Source: Geosiphon pyriformis uo1 (Eukaryota > Fungi > Glomeromycota). From it: DNA of 7,711 bases. Shown piece after piece: positions 1-7,290 of the stretch (position 1 is the first letter of the stretch; each line of letters begins with the position of its first letter). Below the pieces are notes generated by a model. The model was not told where the DNA came from. It did not search any database and saw only the letters and a program-made list of their open reading frames with translations. Location of the stretch: NCBI GenBank assembly GCA_016748015.1, contig JAAOMT010000155.1, positions 1 through 7,711 on the forward strand, read 5' to 3'. Made by a program: the position numbers and the translations under genes.

Positions 1-34
1 AGCCAACAGGTACCGGTGCTGGTGGGGGGTGGGT

Positions 35-149
35 GTGGGGGGGGGCAACCAATTGGGGCCCCAAACCAAATCGGGACCCCCAAACCCCAAATCCTATACG
101 AGAACCTCATTAAGAGAAGATTTCAAAGGGGGAATACTCCTTAAGGGGG
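35..149 (+). repeat. Dispersed direct repeat, copy 1 (partner 5807-5912)
   Basis: GTG-polyG-CAACCAA, two GGG(A/G)CCCC...AAACC words, then exact 16-mer AATACTCCTTAAGGGG at 133-148, identical to 5897-5912. A degenerate third copy of the last word lies at 262-285. Confidence 0.75.
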
Positions 150-432
150 CTCCTAAAGCGAAAGGGGAGGGGGGGGTAGTAGCAGGGGGGGGGTAAATGA
201 GGACCCCAACCAACATTGGGACCCCAACCACCCCGACCTTCACAATAAGAGGTATTCTAAAGGGGAGATACTCAATAAGGGGGCTAGAGAAAGATACAAA
301 TGAGGTCAAATTCGGGACCCCAAACAACAATTGAGGACCCCAAACAAGCCCCTTTAATGACTCAATGGGACTTAGTTACCCCCAAATGTACCCCCAAAGC
401 ACGAATTTGGGGGCACCTCATATGGGGGGGTA

Positions 433-650
433 AATGGGGGCATCTTAGAGTTGGGGGCGAAAGATTCCCCATGGGGGCCTTTGAGAGTGGGGTGAAAGCC
501 CTGGGTATTTGTAGTAGGAGGGGGAGAGAACCACGCTTTGAGAGGAGATGGGGGAGCATTGGAGTTGGGGGGCTAAACCCAGACCGGTGGGGGAGGCCAT
601 CCAGTACCAGTAGAGGCTTTAAGAGGGGGGGTGAGGGGGGAGTGGGGGGG
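433..650 (+). rRNA. Compact LSU rRNA domain I-like segment
   Basis: In order: AATGGGG 433 (cf. GAAUGGGGAAAC), CATCTTAG 441 (AAACAUCUUAGUA), AGATTCCCC 462 (GAGAUUCCC), GGGTGAAAGCCC 490, AGTAGGAGGG 513 (GAGUAGGRCGG), AGATGGGGG 546 (AWAUGGGGGGACCA), GGCTAAA 571, GACCG 582, CCAGTACCAGTAGAGG 601 (ACCAGUACCGUGAGG), GGTGAGGGGGGAGTG 630 (GYGAGGGGAGUGAAA). Confidence 0.55.
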
Positions 651-687
651 CCAATACGGGTTGGGATCGTAAAGGAGTAATACAGTT

Positions 688-1580
688 CCGGAACCAGAAG
701 CCTAAATGAGTAGAAGGTTCGTAGGCTGAAGGGGGCTTGACACGCCCTCGAAGCAGAGTTAGCTCTATAGAGGAAATCACTATGTGAAATGGTAGTCACC
801 ATTTCTAACAGCCAAGTAAGTCCAATCCTTACATGTGCAGTAGCGTAAGCGAAGCAGTTAGTTATAGCATGCATGGGCAGGGAGAGGTAGAGCAGTGGGA
901 GGGAGGCAAGGGTTGCCCCCCCCCCATGGGCGAAGCCTTCCCTCAGCACCGCACCTACATCATCATCCCGATGCAGGAAGAAGAGCCCTATAGCAAACCC
1001 GAATCAAATGAGGAGAGTAAACTCATAAAGAAGCAAGTACAGAGAGTGTAGGAGAGGGGGAGAGCAGTTCCCCCTTGGAATACGAATAAGATTACCCACT
1101 CTCGGGAATGTACCAAGTTCGAGATTCGGTCTGAGAATCTAGTCAGGAGCCCTACATGCGTGAAACACCGTAAAGGGGCCCTCAAGCAGGCAGCAGCGAG
1201 ACTAGGAGCTCCAAATTACGAAACCAACCGTCCAGCATATACGTCCCATACGTATAAGTCAACGGAGGGGGGTCAAATCAACCTTCCAATACGCAAAGAC
1301 GGGAGTTATCGGCGCAGGCCATCTCTGAACCTCTGCGACCTGTAAAGGCTGCAAGTCATGCGAAAGTAACCGACTCTGAGGGTAGAAGAAGGGTAAATAG
1401 GCTCCAAAGTAGACGTTATACGAATGGGGGGCGAAAGCTAGCAGAAGGCAAATACGCCAAAGCCACCACTTTCAGGTACCAAAGGTTAGGAGGCGAGATA
1501 CCAAACCCCAAGCACTACCAATCTAATAAAGAGAGCAAAGACCACAAGGATAGATCTAGGTGCTCTTAGATCAGAAGCTA
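688..1580 (+). rRNA. LSU rRNA domain II-like segment (about H32-H46); longest copy, copy A
   Basis: In order: CCGGAACCAG 688 (CCGAAACCAG), AGGCTGAAG 723 plus hairpin GGGC-TTGACAC-GCCC 733-747 (H34-like), GAGGTAGAGCAGTG 884 (GGUAGAGCACUG), GGCAAGGG 905, GCAAACCCGAAT 993 (CAAACUCCGAAU), CTTGG 1074 / CCAAG 1113 stem then TCGAGA (H39-like), GAAACA loop 1162 in stem TGCG/CGTA (H40-like), GCAAAGAC 1293, GCAGGCCATC 1314 (GCAGCCAUC, H43-like), GGTAGAAGA 1381, ATCAGAAG 1570. Confidence 0.6.
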
Positions 1581-1620
1581 AGTGCTCTCCCAAAGGGATA
1601 GAGCTGAGTCAATGAGAATA

Positions 1621-2188
1621 ATCCGAGCTAGGTGATCTCCAAGAGGGGGGTAAAGCCTCAATCAAGGAGCGGAGTGGGGAGGGGGAGGTGTGAAGCCAAT
1701 CGACCAGAGGGAGAAGGGGATAGGGGGCAAAGTACGCTCAAAGGTCAATGGGAGGTACAAGGTGCCCAACTCTCTACCCCAACTAGAAGGCAGTCAGTCC
1801 AAGGTCATAGAGGCACCCCACCCAGCTATGCATGAATCAGGGACAGACGGGTCAAAGCTAGGCAGCGAGCAAGCAGGGCGTGGAGGGGGGGGGGAACCAA
1901 GTACCACAAAGCCACCACCCAAACCAACCGCCACCACAGATCCCAGTCAATCTAGCCCAAGTAGCCCAAGGGCGAAACAGGTCAACCCCCTCAACCATCA
2001 AAGCATCTAGCAATAGATGCAGGGAGGAGCCATAGAGGAAGCGTGAAGAGCGGGAGGTGGGGGTTGGGGTATTGGGGGAAGGGGGCGAACCTACTAGCAA
2101 TCGAAATACCTAGGGAGGCGAGGAGTCAAATTCAAACCAACCAAGGCAAGTCAAGTAAGGTCAGGCATATACCCCAACATACGCCTTC
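1621..2188 (+). repeat. Tandem structured-RNA unit B (LSU H32-H41-like copy)
   Basis: Shares ordered exact words with units C and D: GGTCATAGAG 1803, GAACCAAGTAC 1894, AGGTCAACCCC 1979, GCCATAG 2029, CTACTAG 2091. Starts near GGTGATCT 1631 (cf. GUGAUCUA, H32). The repeat itself is certain from about 1755 onward; the 5' boundary and rRNA identity are inferred. Confidence 0.85.
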
Positions 2189-2595
2189 AGACCCAAATAC
2201 GAGATAGATCTCTAAATAGAAAGTGAGGGCACGAGTCATATTGTACCCAACCAGTTCCATTAGAGAGAGTAAAAGCTATTCCCAATATACGCCGTAAGTA
2301 CAAGGAACCACAACCACCCTGACTAGAAAGCAGTCAAATCAGAAAGGGTCATAGAGAGTGCAAACTCAGTGAATCAAATCGGAATAGACGGGCTAAAGCT
2401 AGGCAGCCGGCAAGCTAGGGGAGGTAGAAGAACCAAGTACAAAGCGCCACCACCTAGCCGTAAGGGCCACTAAACTGTAAAGTGGAAGCCTGGAGGTCAA
2501 CCCCAAACTAGTTATCGACTAGGAGGGCCATAGGGGCAGGGGGCGAAACTACTAGCCACTCGAGGTCAAAGCGTATCCCCAATCTCCGCCTTAGG
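2189..2595 (+). repeat. Tandem structured-RNA unit C (LSU H32-H41-like copy)
   Basis: Shared words GGTCATAGAG 2347, GAACCAAGTAC 2430, AGGTCAACCCC 2494, CTACTAG 2549, CCCCAATCTCCGCCT 2577. rRNA-like words: AGACCCAAATACGAGATAGATCT 2189 (AGACCCGAAACCGAGUGAUCU), AATCAAATCGGAATAG 2372 (AAUCAAACUCGGAGAUAG), AAAGCTAGGCAGC 2395, GGAGGTAGA 2420. Confidence 0.88.
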
Positions 2596-2981
2596 TGTTG
2601 TGCAGGGGACCAACACTCCGAATCTAGGAAGCAATCAAATCCCAGAGTCGGGGTCATAGAGGCGAAAGCAGCCATTCATGAACCCTACTAGGGGAGGCAT
2701 ATAGCAATCTAGGAAGGGGGGGGGGAGGAACCAAGTACAACACAAGTCCACCCAGCCGTAAGGGCCACTACCCTTAAAAGGGCAAGCCTAGAGGTCAACC
2801 CCACCAGTCCATCTGGAAGGGCCATAGGGGAAGGGGGCACTACTAGTAAATCTCGAAATACCCAAGGAGGCTAGAGTAAATCGAGCCAACAAGGGGACTA
2901 AAGAGTGTGTCCCCAATCTCCGCCTAAAGGTCCACCAAGTCCAGCATCTAGAGACCGATCCCAGCTAGTATGTAACGGAGG
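2596..2981 (+). repeat. Tandem structured-RNA unit D (LSU H34-H42-like copy)
   Basis: Shared words GGTCATAGAG 2652, GAACCAAGTAC 2728, GCCGTAAGGGCCACTA 2755, AGGTCAACCCC 2792, CCCCAATCTCCGCCT 2911. CCGCCTAAAGGTCC 2920 resembles CCGCCAGCUAAGGUCC. The tail shares GTCCAGCAT (2939 vs 1230) and AACGGAGG (2974 vs 1261) with copy A. Confidence 0.88.
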
Positions 2982-3237
2982 TCCACCGTCCTAATGTACC
3001 CAACTAGGGGGGAGGAGGAAATGAAGACGATACCAATGGGTCTACTAATAGAGATACGAATTAAGCTTATACTCATGCACCACGAATAATCAGTCCGGCA
3101 TCTAAACCAACCTACAAGGAGATCTAAGGACCAAGTAGTAAGGATAGGAGTAAGTTTAAAGCAGGGGGGGGAGAGAACTTACTGAACCACCAAATCAACC
3201 TAATCTCTATTACTTTTAGACCAGAAGGGGAAGGGGG

Positions 3238-3490
3238 GGGGCACAGCCACTCCAAAATCCATCAAATGTGCAAAGAGGATCCTAAGTTTGCGAAAGGGTT
3301 GAGAACCTGTACCATACAGTAAACCCGGGATAATAACTAGTAGAGATCCAATTACGTTTATACTGAAGAAACCAAATAATCCACCAAAATAACTCTTAAC
3401 TATGAAGGTAAGGGGGGGGGGGAAGAAGAAGGATCCCAAGTGGTCAAGATCACCAAATGTAGTACCCAAACATACCTAGAAGTAGACACC
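3238..3490 (+). rRNA. LSU rRNA domain V-like segment (about H80-H93, peptidyl-transferase region), eroded
   Basis: In order: GGGGC 3238, GTGCAAAG 3268, TGCGAAAG 3289, CCCGGGATAA 3324 (CCGGGGAUAAC), AGAGATCCA 3342 (AGAGUYCA), GAAGAAGGATCCCAAG 3425 (GAAGWAGGUCCCAAG, H91), stem TGGT 3441 / ACCA 3452 at the H92 position, GTAGTAC 3459 (GUGGUAC), TAGAAGTAGACA 3477 (UAGAACGUCGUGAGACA). Confidence 0.58.
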
Positions 3491-4488
3491 TCCCAAATTA
3501 CCATCAAACTCAACTCCAATTGACACAAGCGGGACCCCCACACCAAATTGACACCACCATGTCAAATACCCGTCCAAATCTCTAACCACCAGGGAAATCT
3601 ACCATCTAAACTTACATCTGAGGAACCCCCACCGCCCCCCATTCTTCCCAACCACCAAACTCAAACCACAGTACACCAAGCCCATGTACCAACCCTTCAA
3701 ATAGGTGGACCACAAGTCCTCCCTCCAAGAGATACGCATCCCAGGCAAGGGGGCCACCACACCTCCATTTCTACAACCCCAAGTATCAAGGCTGGGACAT
3801 AGATCTCCAACAGGTAAGCTAACAAGTACTCATAGCCCATATCAACAGCCACCTAAGTCACGCAGGTAAGCCACCCGCTCCACACCCTTAACAATAGATG
3901 GGAACCCACACCTCTTGAACATACCACCAGTGTAACACCCAGCTCACAAGATGGGCACCCTCATTTCACACATCCTATTTCAACAAGATAGACCAACCAC
4001 CCAAAGTGGGTCACCAATCCTATGAAGCTCTCTTATGTCCCCATCCTCAAATTACATTCAGACTCAACCCAATAAACAGATGAACCATCCATTTCACACC
4101 ACAAACACCTACTTCATAGTTCCAAGAAAGGGATCCCAAACAAGTGGACCACGCATTCCATACCCCCAAACAGCAAATATAAAGTCCTCAACAACCCAAC
4201 CAATGGCCAAACAACCCAACAAGAATCTTCACGCCACCAAATTCAATTCCGGATCCAAACAACCCAACATAAAGGCCACCAACATACAAATCCAAAGAGT
4301 CCCTAACACTAAAACCCCCCACCTCCCCAACAGAGATCCACACCAAACCCCAAACAGATTGGCACCCCCAAATTCATAAATTTTGTCCAACACCAACCAC
4401 ATGGACCACCCAATTTCCAAAGTACCCTAAACGCAAATTACCTCATACGCCCACCCAAACAGCTTTGCATTGGCCCTCCCACCAACTC

Positions 4489-4660
4489 CTGTCCCACCCA
4501 AACCAATGGGTCATCAGTTTAACGCCATCCACCACTCCACGTCCTAAGCAATAACCCATTTACACCAACAGATGGATCAACCGAACAAGTAAGCCACAAA
4601 GATAGGCATTTTCCCTTCCACAAGTGGACCAACAGGTGGACAACCATTGTACCCAACACC
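4489..4660 (+). repeat. Diverged direct duplication, copy 1 (partner 5236-5380)
   Basis: CTGTCCCACCCAA 4489/5236, exact 23-mer CCATCCACCACTCCACGTCCTAA 4525/5265, then CACAAGTGG and CCCAACACC in the same order. Confidence 0.9.
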
Positions 4661-5125
4661 AACAACCACCATGACACGCCCCAAATAGAATGGGACCCCC
4701 CCAATTCATGTTCACCACCCAACAAACAGAGATAAGAAGGGCCACAAGCCCACCAAACCCTAAATATCAGTGCTCCCCTAAAAAGGTAGGCCAAATTCAT
4801 GTCCCGCCACTCTATAAGGGCCCAAATACAAAGTCCACCCAGCAGAGGAGTCACAACCCAAATTCATGTCCCAAGTCCGCCCCAACCTCCAATCAAATTA
4901 TGAACCACCCAAATCTAACCCAAACCACTGCTTTCTCCCCCAAACCACCAATAATGTACCGATCCACCTACGAACCCAAGCAACCAAGGATTTCACACCC
5001 CTTTAAACCATTTCCGCCCACACGCCATCAAAACACATCCAACACACCTCCAGCGGGCTACGCAAATAGGCCCTCTCCAATTCCTAAAGTGTCCTCACCA
5101 AACCTTTCCCGTCCCAAACCACCAA

Positions 5126-5211
5126 ATAGATTGGCCACTTTAATTCATATCCGTACCAAACCACATAGATTGGCCACCCCCAACACCCTAAACCTCAAAT
5201 AGATTGGCCAC
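5126..5211 (+). repeat. Three spaced copies of 13-mer ATAGATTGGCCAC
   Basis: Exact copies start at 5126, 5165 and 5199 (periods 39 and 34 nt); a related word lies near 4356. Confidence 0.85.
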
Positions 5212-5235
5212 CCCAGATCGGCTCCCCCCAATTTA

Positions 5236-5380
5236 CTGTCCCACCCAACCCAAACAGATAGATACCATCCACCACTCCACGTCCTAAACAACAGACCATT
5301 AACACTACAGGTACAAATAAAGCAATTTACCCCTCACAAGTGGGGTCAATCAACGGTTGGGCCACAGTGTTCCCAACACC
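5236..5380 (+). repeat. Diverged direct duplication, copy 2 (partner 4489-4660)
   Basis: Same ordered blocks as 4489-4660, with indels between blocks. Confidence 0.9.
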
Positions 5381-5806
5381 CGTACCCTAACAAGCCCATC
5401 TAGTCCACACCCAACTTCCAACCAAATTAGGACCTCAACCCAATAATAACCCCAAACAAAATACTTTCCCCAAACCCAAAATCTTACACACCCAAACCAC
5501 CGATTCAACTCCCAAACCACCAAATACTTTCAAACCACCAACAAACTAATTACCCAACACCAACTTTAACACTCCTACAACAGCACATACATTATTCACC
5601 CCAAACCCAATGATACACCCACTATTTTCACATGGACAAATCATTTACTCGACCTCCAACTTGCCACCAAAGCTCTTAACACGCACAGCACAAATAAATT
5701 AGGAGTAGGACAATAGGACCACCACTACCCAACATTCATGATCACATAAAATAGCTGACAACCTCCCATGGGGGTATGTGCGATAGGAGGCTAGACGGGA
5801 ACTGTA

Positions 5807-5912
5807 GTGGGGGGGGCAACCAAATTTGGGACCCCCCAAACCCAAATCATTGGGACCCCAAACCCACCTTACCTCAGGCCCATCCCAAGATGGGGAAATA
5901 CTCCTTAAGGGG
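5807..5912 (+). repeat. Dispersed direct repeat, copy 2 (partner 35-149)
   Basis: Same ordered words as 35-149, including exact AATACTCCTTAAGGGG at 5897-5912. Confidence 0.75.
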
Positions 5913-6943
5913 ATTGACAAGGGACGACGAGTGGGGTGCTGGGGGGGGGCAAACAATCATGAAGGAGGGGGGGGGCAACAAATCATGGGAGATGGGGGCC
6001 CCCCAGTCCTCCAACAAGGAGACCTCCAACAGGGGCAAGACTCAGAGTGCGTGAGCACGTAAGCAATGGGGGCTGGGGGGAGAACAATCGGGGGGGGGGG
6101 GGGGGAACCAATTGGGACCCAATCATCAAAGTCAATGGTCCCCACCAACCCAACTTTACCCAGATTAGGAGACCTCCCAGAGGGTAAATACGCAGAGATA
6201 AATTAGAGAAGGGAACCAGATGGGGGGTTGCGGGGGGGGGGCGGGTGACCCAATTGGTCCCCCAAATCCAACTATAAGTGGCACCCAATCGAACCCACCA
6301 ACCAACCAAATAAGCTGTCAACAATGGGACCCAAATCAGCCCTACCCTATCTGCCCCTAACCAACGACCAACCAAGTCAACTTCCAAACCAAATTAACCA
6401 CCCAATAGGGCTCCCATTGGCATCCCCAAATTAGCCCAGGAAGCCAAACCCAATTCAACCTCAATGAGCCCTCAAACCTAATTATCCCCTACCCAAATAG
6501 GCCACAACTCACCAACTGGCCCCAACCAAACGATTCACAATGGGCCCTAACAACCAAAAGAAAATCCCAAGAGGTCCCCAACAAACCCAATAATCTATGG
6601 GCCCCAATCATTGGCCAACAAACCCAATTAGTAGTAGCCCAACCATAGGTGGGCCACTGGAACCCCAAAGTTGGTCCCCAAAGGTTTTAATAGAGTAGGG
6701 CCCCTACCAGAGTATGACCACGGACCCCAAACGCCGCCAACCCAATTGATCCCCCAAGGGGGCCTATGTCGCCCTACCAGATTGTAAGATTGGATCCCCA
6801 AATGTTGGTCCCCCCGAACCAGATCGAGCAAACCAAAGAAGTTAGCAAACAACATAAACTACTAATCAACGATACCAATTACATCAGACGACACAACCTA
6901 CCCATACCACATCAAATAGTAGAGAAAGTTGGGTATCCATGTT

Positions 6944-7290
6944 GAGAGTTTGAGGACAGAAGATGGGAGAGTGTATAACATGTAAGATATGAGGGGTGAG
7001 AGACCTCTCATGGGGTAAATCTCACAGCATAAGGCTGATCTACCTCACGAAACCTTCCAAACCATCAGAAGAGTGGATGGATGGGGGGTATAATGGAGAG
7101 ATGGGGGATATACCAAAGTACAATCTTCCCATAAATGTACCCCAAATTACGATGGGAGTGGTATTTGGAAGTGAAATGGGGGGTATTAACAATAGTTGGG
7201 AACCAACTACTCGATGGGGGATGAATAACCCTCATGGGGGCAAATTAGCAAACATTGGGATTGGTCCAAAATCACAGTAAAACTCGTAAA
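6944..7290 (+). rRNA. Possible highly degenerate SSU (16S-type) rRNA 5'-domain remnant
   Basis: In order: GAGAGTTTGA 6944, TAACATGTAAG 6976 (UAACACAUGCAAG), GGGTGAG 6994, ATCTACCT 7038, ATACC 7110, hairpin TAGTTGG 7193 / CCAACTA 7203 (shortened h11-like), CGAT 7212, GGATGA 7219, ACATTGGGA 7252, AAACTCGTA 7280 (ARACUCCUA). GGCAGCAG and the 530 loop are not seen. Confidence 0.42.

Larger units (their letters stand above)
433..3490 (+). rRNA. Extremely divergent LSU (23S-type) rRNA-like gene or pseudogene with an internally multiplied domain II core; ends approximate
   Basis: More than 20 short degenerate matches to conserved 23S motifs occur in canonical order across domains I, II and V (see sub-features). 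Many hairpins are closed by GNRA loops on the + strand, e.g. GCATCTA-GCAA-TAGATGC 2003-2020, GAGT-GCAA-ACTC 2356-2367 and CC-GTAA-GG 2458-2465. No credible ORF. Matches were made by eye against recalled consensus. Confidence 0.62.
3500..5700. other. A/C-rich, G-depleted non-coding tract with nested short repeats
   Basis: Only one G in 5461-5580. Recurrent words include CCAAATTCATGTCCC (4791, 4858) and CAAGTGGACC (4141, 4621). ORFs here are P/T/N/Q- or G/W/V/L-biased, as expected from the skew. Confidence 0.7.

Noticed and set aside
362-949. 195-aa minus-strand ORF and overlapping 300-680 plus-strand ORF
   Set aside because: Pro/Leu- or Gly/Arg-rich translations of G runs with no recognisable domain, overlapping the rRNA-like region.
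1110-1130. tRNA T-loop-like GTTCGA
   Set aside because: No T-stem or cloverleaf can be built around it.
1090-2925. Reading this region as SSU rRNA (GGTCTGAGA 1128, AGGCAGCAG 1188, GGAATAGACGGG 2381, GAAGAACC 2427, CTAGCAATCG 2094)
   Set aside because: The LSU reading gives a longer unbroken collinear chain, explains the unit boundaries and links copy A to the repeats. That a rival reading exists shows by-eye matching can over-fit, so it is not formally excluded.
1621-2981. Repeat units as RNase P, tmRNA, HEARO/omega RNA, group I/II intron or self-cleaving ribozymes
   Set aside because: Hallmarks not found: no RNase P P4 strands, tRNA-like ends, group II domain V, group I R/S elements or hammerhead core.
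3021-3089. 22-aa ORF MKTIPMGLLIEIRIKLILMHHE behind GGAGG
   Set aside because: GGAGG is common in this purine-rich sequence, the ORF is tiny, and it lies inside the LSU-like region.
3002-3523. Long frame under a TAA/TAG-to-Gln genetic code
   Set aside because: With a single stop codon such lengths arise by chance; the product has no recognisable motif and the region is better explained as domain V-like RNA.
4035-5202. 114-aa and 170-aa plus-strand ORFs and their antisense ORFs
   Set aside because: Composition follows the A/C skew, and T scarcity suppresses stop codons; no family motif.
5126-5211. CRISPR array
   Set aside because: Repeat is only 13 nt with three copies, spacers are low-complexity, and there are no cas genes.
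6802-6985. AbrB-like peptide (LPIPHQIVEK-LGI) requiring a frameshift
   Set aside because: Short resemblance that needs an assumed frameshift; no supporting gene context.
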